Of a stretch of DNA of 64,000 nt, positions 9,653 to 17,604 are shown one piece after another; the first letter of the stretch is position 1, and every line of letters begins with the position of its first letter. Both the position numbers and the translations under genes were made by a program. Below the pieces are notes generated by a model. That model ran no database searches. It was given only the letters and a program-made list of their open reading frames with translations, and was not told the DNA's origin. The stretch lies in contig CAYNSQ010000001.1 in NCBI GenBank assembly GCA_964400155.1, positions 31,938 through 95,937 of the forward strand. The letters run 5' to 3'. The DNA is from an uncultured Candidatus Saccharibacteria bacterium (lineage in GTDB: Bacteria > Patescibacteriota > Saccharimonadia > Saccharimonadales > UBA10212).

Positions 9653-9865
9653 ATGGGAAATAGAATAAAAACAACGAATGAACGATTAAAACTCGAACAT
9701 ATTGAAGGGCCTATTCCGGGATCATTCATGATGGACGCATACCAACGCGCAGGGGCAGAAGAAAGAGCCCGACGAATCGTTTTAGAACTAGGTTACGAAC
9801 TTGGCCCGGAGGAACATCGCTCATATCAAGAAATATTGAAATTCATACAGTCCCAAGAAGACTGA
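9653..9865 (+). CDS. Hypothetical protein (70 aa)
   Basis: Strong AAGGAG SD; first gene after the attenuator. Confidence 0.65.
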   Translation: MGNRIKTTNERLKLEHIEGPIPGSFMMDAYQRAGAEERARRIVLELGYELGPEEHRSYQEILKFIQSQED

Positions 9866-9886
9866 ACTACGCTATAATATATATAA

Positions 9887-10921
9887 ATGGCCAAGGAAGT
9901 TATATTAACGGGTTTAAGAAGTAATGGTGAGTTTCACCTTGGCAATTACTTAGGTGCAATTTTACCGATGGTAGAGATGCAAAAACGCCACTCTGGTGAG
10001 TACCAGATGAACATGTTTATTCCAGATCTGCACAGCTTTACTACGCCAATTGATCATGGTTCTTTGTATGAGCAATCAGTTGCTAATTTAAAAGTGTTTG
10101 TGGCGGCCGGTCTGGATATTAACAACCCAGATACTTATATTTACCGCCAAAGCTACATTCCGGCCCACTCAGAAATGACCTGGATCCTGGATTGCTTTGC
10201 CTACTTTGGCGAACTATCGCGAATGACTGAATTTAAAGATAAAAGCGGTAAACAAGAAAACGTCTCGGTTGGTTTATTTAACTATCCGGTTTTAATGGCT
10301 GCCGATATATTGCTGTACGGTGCAAAATGGGTACCAGTAGGTGATGATCAACGTCAGCATGTGGAATTCACAAGAGACTTAGGAATGCGACTAAACAATA
10401 AGTTTCCGCAATTAGGGCTTGTAGTGCCTGAAGATAACCAACAACAAACCGAGTTTGTTGGCCGAACAGAACCTGTTCGAGTTAGAAGTTTGCGTAACCC
10501 TGAAAAGAAAATGAGTAAATCAATAGACGACCCATCGGGTACGATAATGTTGAGCGATTCACCTGAAGAGGCAGCCAAGAAAGTCATGTCGGCTACTACT
10601 GATTCAAATGGTTCAATTCATTATGACTGGGGAAAACAACCTGGAGTGACAAATTTGTTACAAGTACTTGCACTACTTACGAATAAATCCAAAGAAGATG
10701 TGAGTTCTGAATGGCAAGGTAAGTCTAGCTATGGTGAGCTAAAATCAGCAACAGCTGAAGCAGTTAAGTCATTTCTAACTAATTTTCAAGTCAAGTTAGC
10801 TCAGGTAGATGAGACAAAGCTATTGGAAAAGTTAGCTTATGACGAAGCAAAAATGTCAGAGATAGCTAACACCACACTCTTAAAAGTTCAAAAAGCTGTT
10901 GGACTAAGACCAAATATATAA
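9887..10921 (+). CDS. trpS: Tryptophan--tRNA ligase
   Basis: HLGNYLG, YPVLMAADILLY, VPVGDDQRQH, KMSKS. Confidence 0.98.
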   Translation: MAKEVILTGLRSNGEFHLGNYLGAILPMVEMQKRHSGEYQMNMFIPDLHSFTTPIDHGSLYEQSVANLKVFVAAGLDINNPDTYIYRQSYIPAHSEMTWILDCFAYFGELSRMTEFKDKSGKQENVSVGLFNYPVLMAADILLYGAKWVPVGDDQRQHVEFTRDLGMRLNNKFPQLGLVVPEDNQQQTEFVGRTEPVRVRSLRNPEKKMSKSIDDPSGTIMLSDSPEEAAKKVMSATTDSNGSIHYDWGKQPGVTNLLQVLALLTNKSKEDVSSEWQGKSSYGELKSATAEAVKSFLTNFQVKLAQVDETKLLEKLAYDEAKMSEIANTTLLKVQKAVGLRPNI

Positions 10922-10924
10922 GTT

Positions 10925-11809
10925 ATGCGTAAATTAACCGTAGACGAAGCAAGTGTGGGGCTTCGAGCAGATGTATTTGTAGCTCGTGAGTTGAATGGAT
11001 TTAGTCGATCTTTAATCTCAAAACTGTTTGAAACGGGCGATGTACTTTTGGACGGAACAAAGTTAAAGCCTGGGGCTAAACTTAAACTGGATCAAAATAT
11101 TGAGATAGATGACTCTATACTTTTCGAAACACCACCCAAAATAGATATACCCATAATTTACCAAGACAAAAATGTAATTGTAGTTAACAAACCCGCAGGA
11201 GTCTTAACTCATGCAAAGGGCGGTTTTAACAACGAAGCAACAGTAGCTAGTTTTATTGCTGATAAATTGGATGGCACTATACCTAAAACTAACAAAGCCG
11301 GAATAGTCCACCGGCTAGACAGAGCAACAAGTGGTGTAATGATTTGTGCCCGCAATGAACTCACACAAAAGTTTTTGCAAAAACAATTTGCACAAAGAAA
11401 AACAAAAAAAACATACTTTGCTGTAGTAGAAGGGAAGTTGGACCAACAGAAATTAATAATTGATGCACCAATAACACGTAACCCTAAACAACCTCAGTCA
11501 TTCACGGTAAACGTTAATGGAAAATCAGCGCAAACAGTAGTAGAAGAACTGAAATTACTTGACTTGTTAAGTATATCAAAGAAAAAAGTTAGTTGTAGTT
11601 TGTTAGAGCTTAAACCAACTACCGGTAGAACTCACCAATTGCGAGTCCATCTAAAGTATATTAGCCATCCAATTGTTGGTGACAATTTATACGGTGGCAA
11701 GTTAAAAAATTGGTCTAATCTGTTATTGCATGCCGCACAACTAGAATTAACATTGCCTGGAGGAGTCAGAAAAGTTTTTAATGCACCACTGCCGGAGTAT
11801 TTCCCATGA
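10925..11809 (+). CDS. RluA/RluD-family pseudouridine synthase with S4 domain
   Basis: NKPAG, VHRLDRATSG, TGRTHQLRVH, HPIVGDNLY. Confidence 0.95.
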   Translation: MRKLTVDEASVGLRADVFVARELNGFSRSLISKLFETGDVLLDGTKLKPGAKLKLDQNIEIDDSILFETPPKIDIPIIYQDKNVIVVNKPAGVLTHAKGGFNNEATVASFIADKLDGTIPKTNKAGIVHRLDRATSGVMICARNELTQKFLQKQFAQRKTKKTYFAVVEGKLDQQKLIIDAPITRNPKQPQSFTVNVNGKSAQTVVEELKLLDLLSISKKKVSCSLLELKPTTGRTHQLRVHLKYISHPIVGDNLYGGKLKNWSNLLLHAAQLELTLPGGVRKVFNAPLPEYFP

Positions 11810-12687
11810 GCATAGACAGTATTCTTACAAGTAAAGAAACAGAGAATAGTATTAAAAAATTAGCAAAGAATGGCACGCAAAGTATACTTTTAGTTGGTAA
11901 AAAAGGTAGTGGACTAGAATATGTGGCACATGAATTAGCCATGCGGCTGCTGGGATTGAATGATACTAGTGAGTTATTAAAATATCCTTACTATTACCAT
12001 TTAGCCGTTGAAGAGGGCAAAAAGGAAATACCAATTGCTGAAATTAGACGTGTAATAGCTACTAGTACGCTTAAGATACCTTCTAAGCATGCTGGCATCA
12101 AAAGAGTAGTATTAATACAAAACGCAGAGAAAATGAGTCTAGAGGCCCAAAGTGCCCTTCTGAAGGACCTTGAAGAGCCGTCATCGTCAACATGCTACAT
12201 TCTTACTCAAAGTGACGGCACGTTTTTGTTGCTAACGGTCGTTTCACGCTGCCAAAAAATTGTAATTAAGTATCCTAGTCTTGAAGATGTTGTTAATCAT
12301 TACTCAAAAAAATATGAACATAAAGAAATTATGTCAGCATGGTCACTGGCGGGCGGAGCGCCGCAGCTGGTAGATGAGTTACTAAGTAATGACAATCATC
12401 CGTTAAAAACCGCAGTTGCTCAAGCAAAACAGTTCATTGAAGTCGACAAATATCACAGACTATTGATAGTTAACAAAATTTCAATAGACAAGAATACCAT
12501 TAATTTGTTTCTAGAGGCACTAGATAGAATTACCACCCATCTTATTAGATCAGCCTCTGTTGCTGGCGACCGTAAAAAAGTTCTAAATTACGGAAAAATG
12601 AATCAAATTGTTGGCGAAACAAAGCAAATGCTTGAGTCAAGTGCAAACACTAAACTGTGTCTTTTGTGGTTGGTCACCAATTTTTAG
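11806..12687 (+). CDS. holB: DNA polymerase III delta-prime subunit
   Basis: Degenerate Walker A GKKGSG; AEKMSLEAQSALLKDLEEP; TVVSRC. Confidence 0.85.
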   Translation: MSIDSILTSKETENSIKKLAKNGTQSILLVGKKGSGLEYVAHELAMRLLGLNDTSELLKYPYYYHLAVEEGKKEIPIAEIRRVIATSTLKIPSKHAGIKRVVLIQNAEKMSLEAQSALLKDLEEPSSSTCYILTQSDGTFLLLTVVSRCQKIVIKYPSLEDVVNHYSKKYEHKEIMSAWSLAGGAPQLVDELLSNDNHPLKTAVAQAKQFIEVDKYHRLLIVNKISIDKNTINLFLEALDRITTHLIRSASVAGDRKKVLNYGKMNQIVGETKQMLESSANTKLCLLWLVTNF

Positions 12688-12710
12688 CATATTTGTTATA
12701 ATTGTAGTTA

Positions 12711-13364
12711 ATGTACGCACTTATATTGCTTCTATTTTTCGGGGTTTTAGTATATGGACATGGTAAACGTTCGGAAACAGATATAGTAGTAGTACCTAAG
12801 GGAATATCTGATAGACTTAACAAACTCTGGGAAATTGCCTATATGGGCATGCGCGAAAACAGATTTCTACGTGCCGAAAAAGCCTTACTAACAATTTTAA
12901 AGATTGATGAAAAAAACGCGGCTGCCTACAATCGTCTTGGAATCTTATACGCCAAGCAAAGAGAGTACAAAGATGCAATAGACTGTTTTGAAATAGCAAG
13001 CAGTATAGAACCAAGTGCTTCATCTTTGCATAACTTAGGACTAATATATTTTGAAACAGAGAATTACCAAAAAGCCGCTACTGCTTTTGAACAAGCACTA
13101 AAATTGGAAGATAATTTAGCTGCCCGCCATATTGCATATGCCAAGGTTCAAGAAAAACTCGGTAATGACAAGCTAATGCTTCAAGAGTTAGAGATAGCAA
13201 CTGAATTAGAACCAAATCCGGAAACATACGGTCTTTTGGCGCAAGCCTACGAGTCACGCGGAATGGCTCAAGAGGCGGAAGTAGTTAACCGTAAGTTGAA
13301 GAAATTAATAATGCCTTCCTCACGACCTAAACGCGTTCTCCGTCCCAGAAGAGTCGTAATTTAA
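12711..13364 (+). CDS. Membrane-anchored tetratricopeptide repeat protein
   Basis: N-terminal hydrophobic helix; TPR motifs AYNRLGILY, LHNLGLIY. Confidence 0.88.
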   Translation: MYALILLLFFGVLVYGHGKRSETDIVVVPKGISDRLNKLWEIAYMGMRENRFLRAEKALLTILKIDEKNAAAYNRLGILYAKQREYKDAIDCFEIASSIEPSASSLHNLGLIYFETENYQKAATAFEQALKLEDNLAARHIAYAKVQEKLGNDKLMLQELEIATELEPNPETYGLLAQAYESRGMAQEAEVVNRKLKKLIMPSSRPKRVLRPRRVVI

Positions 13365-13417
13365 TCAAAACAGTTGTTCTGATACCCCTGTTATGCTAAA
13401 CTCTTAGGGGTAAAAAC

Positions 13418-13494
13418 GCCACCTTAGCTCAGTTGGTTAGAGCATCTGTTTTGTAAACAGAGGGTCGTCGGTTCGAATCCGACAGGTGGCTCCA
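13418..13494 (+). tRNA. tRNA-Thr(TGT)
   Basis: GCCACCT/AGGTGGC acceptor stem, TCTGT-TT-TGT-AA-ACAGA anticodon arm, GGTTCGAATCC, encoded CCA. Confidence 0.98.
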
Positions 13495-13668
13495 GAATTT
13501 TTGCAATGAGCAACGTTCGTTGCAAAAATTCTGTGACTAATCGGATGCGAACCGTTCGGTTCGGCGGACGAGAAGCACAGAGATGAGCAGAAAATGTTCT
13601 GTCTCATCGCGAGCATCGCAGGAAGGAGTACGGCAAAAAGCCGTGCGATATCCGACAGGTAGCTCCAG
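13495..13668 (+). mobile_element. Structured ~170-nt element ending in a duplicate of the tRNA-Thr 3' end (att-like direct repeat)
   Basis: ATCCGACAGGTGGCTCCAG (13477-13495) vs ATCCGACAGGTAGCTCCAG (13650-13668), 18/19 identical; several hairpins; inverted T-arm copy at 13541-13554. Confidence 0.6.
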
Positions 13669-13686
13669 CTTTTATCGTTGTAAAAG

Positions 13687-13785
13687 CATTTAACATTTAA
13701 CATTTTGCATTTATCATTTATTTTTCATTGATCATTGAATCATTGATAATTCAATGAGAATTGTGAATTGTAAATTGAGTATTGA
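13687..13785. repeat. Degenerate heptamer tandem array (CATTTAA/CATTGAT units, then xxAATTG units)
   Basis: CATTTAA CATTTAA CATTTTG CATTTAT CATTTAT ... CATTGAT CATTGAAT CATTGAT ... AGAATTG TGAATTG TAAATTG AGTATTG. Confidence 0.75.
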
Positions 13786-13789
13786 TCAT

Positions 13790-13875
13790 GCAGGGTTAGT
13801 GAAGCGGTCAAACACGACAGACTGTAAATCTGTTGGCATTCGCCTTCGTAGGTTCGAATCCTACACCCTGCACCA
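13790..13875 (+). tRNA. tRNA-Tyr(GTA)
   Basis: GCAGGGT/ACCCTGC acceptor stem, ACAGA-CT-GTA-AA-TCTGT, long variable arm, CCA. Confidence 0.97.
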
Positions 13876-13884
13876 CAACAAAAT

Positions 13885-14898
13885 ATGCAAGAGCTTAAAG
13901 AGTTAATTGAATCATCTAAGAATATACTGATAACTTCGCATATTTCGCCAGACCCTGACGCTGTAAGTTCGACGCTATTGCTAGGGCGGACTCTAAAACA
14001 CAACTACCCCGACAAGCAAGTTGAAATGGTTCTTGAGGAATCACCTTCAAAGGACCTTGGTTTCTTAACCGATTACCAGGAAATTAAATTTCTATCATTA
14101 CTGGAATTTATAGAAAATTTCCAACCAGATTTATTTATTATTCTAGATGGTAATAGTTTCAAACGCGTATCCAGGGTAAATGGTAATGAAATTAAAGATT
14201 TATTGTCTAAAATTAGTTGCAAAACTGTCATAATTGATCATCACGAAGAAGCTGACAGGGATACTGCAGAAATATTTATCAACAACAAACGTCCTGCAAC
14301 CGCTGAAGAAGTATATGTAGTCTGTTTTGAACAGTTAATGCTTACAAAACCAGAAGATTCCGCTGAAGTAACGCTACTTGGAATTGTAAGCGATACTCAA
14401 CGGCATCGGTTTGATCATCCAGGCTACCGTGAAACTTATCGAATCGTCAGTGATTTGCTCGATGAGGGTGCCAGCATAGAAAAACTAGAAGTAAAACTTG
14501 AGCATTTCACTAAAAAGCAAATGGAAGTACTATCCGAACTTATAAAAAATATTATTGATAGTGGTGAAGGGTATACATACAGTTATGTTTCAGACGAGTT
14601 TAAGCATGAGTATATGAAGGTTAACAAAACCACTCAGTACATAAAAGATGCTTGCGATGAATTTATCAATCGCTATGTACGAGCTTTTGAAGACAACCAG
14701 TGGGGGTTTGTTGTCTATCCAGAATTAGTAAACGGGGTTGAAAAATATAGTGTAAGCATGAGGTCAGTAGTAGGTGTTAAGGACGTATCTGAAATTGCAA
14801 GGAAGCTAGGTGGAGGGGGACACAAACCGGCAGCTGGTGCTAAGCTTCAGGCTAATTCCGTTGAAGAAGCCTTAAAAATTGTTAAAGCAGCTCTTTAG
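13885..14898 (+). CDS. DHH/DHHA1 phosphoesterase (NrnA-like)
   Basis: SHISPDPDA, IDHH, GIVSDT, GGGGHKPAAG. Confidence 0.92.
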   Translation: MQELKELIESSKNILITSHISPDPDAVSSTLLLGRTLKHNYPDKQVEMVLEESPSKDLGFLTDYQEIKFLSLLEFIENFQPDLFIILDGNSFKRVSRVNGNEIKDLLSKISCKTVIIDHHEEADRDTAEIFINNKRPATAEEVYVVCFEQLMLTKPEDSAEVTLLGIVSDTQRHRFDHPGYRETYRIVSDLLDEGASIEKLEVKLEHFTKKQMEVLSELIKNIIDSGEGYTYSYVSDEFKHEYMKVNKTTQYIKDACDEFINRYVRAFEDNQWGFVVYPELVNGVEKYSVSMRSVVGVKDVSEIARKLGGGGHKPAAGAKLQANSVEEALKIVKAAL

Positions 14899-14943
14899 AC
14901 CTTTTCACTTATCGACATCTTTAGTAGAATAACAGAGATGTAC

Positions 14944-15018
14944 GCCGTTGTAGCTCAGTGGTAGAGCACCTCCATGGTAAGGAGGGGGTCACGAGTTCAA
15001 TCCTCGTCAACGGCTCCA
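14944..15018 (+). tRNA. tRNA-Thr(GGT)
   Basis: GCCGTTG/CAACGGC stem, CCTCC-AT-GGT-AA-GGAGG, CCA. Confidence 0.97.
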
Positions 15019-15087
15019 CTATAATTTTGTTTTTCACAAGATGTTAACCAGTTGTAACTTCGGTGACAATCTGTTAAAATGACATTA

Positions 15088-15300
15088 ATGAAGAACAAGA
15101 GACTGTACCGCTCGGAGAGCGATAAAAAGATTCTAGGAGTATGCGGTGGACTAGCTCAATACTTCGATGTGGATCCGGTCTTGGTTCGTGTTATATATAC
15201 TTTCTTTACAATAATTACGGGTGTATTTCCAGGTATATTTGCTTATTTTATATTAGCTTGGATTATGCCTACTAAAGGTGAGGTTAAAGCTAATGGCTAA
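15088..15300 (+). CDS. PspC domain protein
   Basis: [31 protein letters not shown]...[10 protein letters not shown]; ATG 15088 lies 7 nt after TAAAAT. Confidence 0.93.
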   Translation: MKNKRLYRSESDKKILGVCGGLAQYFDVDPVLVRVIYTFFTIITGVFPGIFAYFILAWIMPTKGEVKANG

Positions 15301-15493
15301 GAAGAACACTAAGAGAAAAATTGTTGGTCTTGTTTGTGACGCCTGCAAACAGCGGCACTACTACACAACTAAAAACACTATGAATACGCCAGACAAAGTA
15401 GAATTAACTAAGTATTGTCCTGTAAAAAGAGTTAGTGCAAAACAATCAGAAACAAAGAAAAATCTAGGCCGCAACGAAGCGCCCAAACGCTAA
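15293..15493 (+). CDS. rpmG: 50S ribosomal protein L33
   Basis: MAKK...[16 protein letters not shown]...KVELTKYCP; ATG 15293. Confidence 0.93.
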   Translation: MAKKNTKRKIVGLVCDACKQRHYYTTKNTMNTPDKVELTKYCPVKRVSAKQSETKKNLGRNEAPKR

Positions 15494-15517
15494 AAAAGAC
15501 TATAATACATCAATTGC

Positions 15518-17455
15518 TTATTGATCTTTAGTAAGCTCAATAAGCGTATTGACTATTTCTGCGTGACTCCAGACTAGTGGTGATACTCCTATTTGATAGC
15601 CATTAACCGGGTCTACTTGTTCTGCAAGCACTCCACTAGATGAGCCTTTCGAAATAACCCAATTTATTAACTCCTTAGCTTTTTGTTTGTTCCCGTTTAG
15701 AACCTCATATCTAGCCACCCACAATGTACATATCATCCAAGGGTTGCCCAGGTAAGTTTTGTCGACGAGAAAGTAATTGTCGTGCTCATAACGCACAGCC
15801 CCGCCAGACGGAGAACTATCTAACAATTTTGCGATTGCTGTCTGGGCAGTGTTTTTGATACGCTCATCTGCTATTGTATCCGGGAAAAACTCAACAAAAC
15901 TGTAAAGGGTAGACATATCAAGTGTGTCGTTGTAATCAACAGTTCCATCTTGGTTGACAAGCAAACTTTTTCTGAAGGAATTAACCTCTTTCGAATAAAG
16001 TTTATCTAAAGAATTTTGAATTTTAACAGCTGCTGAGTGCCAGGTCTGGGCAATTTCATTGTGCTCAAGCTTTTGAGCAATTTTAGCAGCCTCAATTAAC
16101 GCGGCAACTGTAAGCACTACGGTATATGTATGAGTGCCAAATCTTTCTTCCCAAAGGTCGTAGCTGGGGTGAGGAAGCCCTGTCTCAACATCAATAAAAC
16201 TACTCATAAAGTTGGCGGCAGGTACAATCAGATTGTGATACGCGTGGTTTAAAAATTTCTCGTCATCAAACTTCTTAAAATACTTAGCCATTGCATAAAC
16301 CACTACAGCTGTTTCGTCTTCTTGAATTGCAAGTTCTGGGTGGTGACGATGCATTAGTGGATGCCATGTGCTGCCAATTGAGCGATCTGGTTGATATTTA
16401 TGCATCATGTAGCCATCCGGGTTAATGGTATCTATACAAAACTCAAAAAACTTTTTTGGTTCCTCTTGGTATCCAAGCTCTATAAGGGTTAACATTGTTA
16501 GACCGCCGTCTCTTGGCCAGACATAGTTATAATAATCACGACCATAGTTATAAATTGAAGAGTCGCCGCTGGCAATTATGCCGCCACGTCTGTCGGTATG
16601 AGCTTTAATCAGCATTAATGATTTTTTAAATATATCTTTATGCTCATCATCAATTTTGTTTATCGAAGGCGAAGCGATTGATAACCAGTCTCTCCAGTAT
16701 TGACGAGTTAAATCCAGACGGGTGTGAAGTCCTTGGCGTTTTAATTCATTATGAATGGACTCTGCATCAAGTTGCGAAAAAGATGCAACAACCCAGTAAT
16801 CTACTGTTGTAGAACTGTTGGAATCTATCAATACCCTTTGTCTAATAACAGTATCAACGCTGCCATGTTCAACAAGGTTTCCTTCTAGGTTGCCATCCTC
16901 CGCGTCTTTATATGTTCCGGCCTTACCTTCGATACCATAATTTCCAATTGCAAATTGGTCAAATGATTCGCCTTGGCTGTTTACTGCGCTAATTAATAAT
17001 GCACACCTTCCTTTATAGTCATAAATATAATTTCCTTCAGGTACGTATATAGCTGTGTCGCTCCGTCCATGACGCGATATCTCAAACACCTGATGCATAA
17101 ACAGTCTAACCTCTTTCTGGCTGTCTGATTGATTGGTGATTTCTATGCGTCTACAAAATGCGGTGTACTCATAATCAACAAAATCACTAAAAACAATTTT
17201 AATTTGCATATTTGAGTTAAGGGCAACTGTTTTGCCAACTAATGCATCACTTTCAAAATTAGGAATAATTTCCCAACTACCATCATCAAGCCATGAAAAT
17301 TTATCATCCACCCATACTCCTAAAAGGTGGTGGATACTTCTTGCCGTAGTCAGATTTTCCTGACCGACGTAAGGAAAATAAAAATCATGCACCAGCCCAT
17401 GCTCATTTAGTCCTACTAGCATGTGGTTGTTTCCAAGTACAACTGGCCGGCCCAC
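15518..17455 (-). CDS. Glycoside hydrolase family 15 (glucoamylase-like)
   Basis: YNYVWPRDG, QEDETA, DLWEE, LAEQV, SPLVWSHA; start reassigned to GTG 17455 (MGRPVVLGN), SD GAGGGG. Confidence 0.93.
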   Translation of the reverse strand: MGRPVVLGNNHMLVGLNEHGLVHDFYFPYVGQENLTTARSIHHLLGVWVDDKFSWLDDGSWEIIPNFESDALVGKTVALNSNMQIKIVFSDFVDYEYTAFCRRIEITNQSDSQKEVRLFMHQVFEISRHGRSDTAIYVPEGNYIYDYKGRCALLISAVNSQGESFDQFAIGNYGIEGKAGTYKDAEDGNLEGNLVEHGSVDTVIRQRVLIDSNSSTTVDYWVVASFSQLDAESIHNELKRQGLHTRLDLTRQYWRDWLSIASPSINKIDDEHKDIFKKSLMLIKAHTDRRGGIIASGDSSIYNYGRDYYNYVWPRDGGLTMLTLIELGYQEEPKKFFEFCIDTINPDGYMMHKYQPDRSIGSTWHPLMHRHHPELAIQEDETAVVVYAMAKYFKKFDDEKFLNHAYHNLIVPAANFMSSFIDVETGLPHPSYDLWEERFGTHTYTVVLTVAALIEAAKIAQKLEHNEIAQTWHSAAVKIQNSLDKLYSKEVNSFRKSLLVNQDGTVDYNDTLDMSTLYSFVEFFPDTIADERIKNTAQTAIAKLLDSSPSGGAVRYEHDNYFLVDKTYLGNPWMICTLWVARYEVLNGNKQKAKELINWVISKGSSSGVLAEQVDPVNGYQIGVSPLVWSHAEIVNTLIELTKDQ

Positions 17456-17604
17456 TAGAAGCGCCCCTCGTTCGCATTTACCAATAGCCATATGCTATTT
17501 TCCTTACATTTACCATAAGCTATCTTGCACTGATGGCAAACAGATAATGGGTCCTGCATAGTGAAAGGTGAACAGTAAACAGTTAATGAGAATGACTCAG
17601 TCAT
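17455..17604 (-). CDS. Small Cys-rich protein (49 aa); not in ORF track
   Basis: MTESFSLTVYCSPFTMQDPLSVCHQCKIAYGKCKENSIWLLVNANEGRF*; ATGA overlap with GH57 stop and TAGTG overlap with GH15 start. Confidence 0.55.
   Translation of the reverse strand: MTESFSLTVYCSPFTMQDPLSVCHQCKIAYGKCKENSIWLLVNANEGRF

Noticed and set aside
13495-13668. Group I intron or second tRNA
   Set aside because: The upstream tRNA is already complete with CCA; no group I core or cloverleaf recognisable
13687-13785. Repeat array as a CRISPR
   Set aside because: 7-nt units with no spacers and no cas genes in the window
17456-17491. Longer ATG start for GH15
   Set aside because: GTG 17455 has a well-spaced SD and gives the family-like N-terminus
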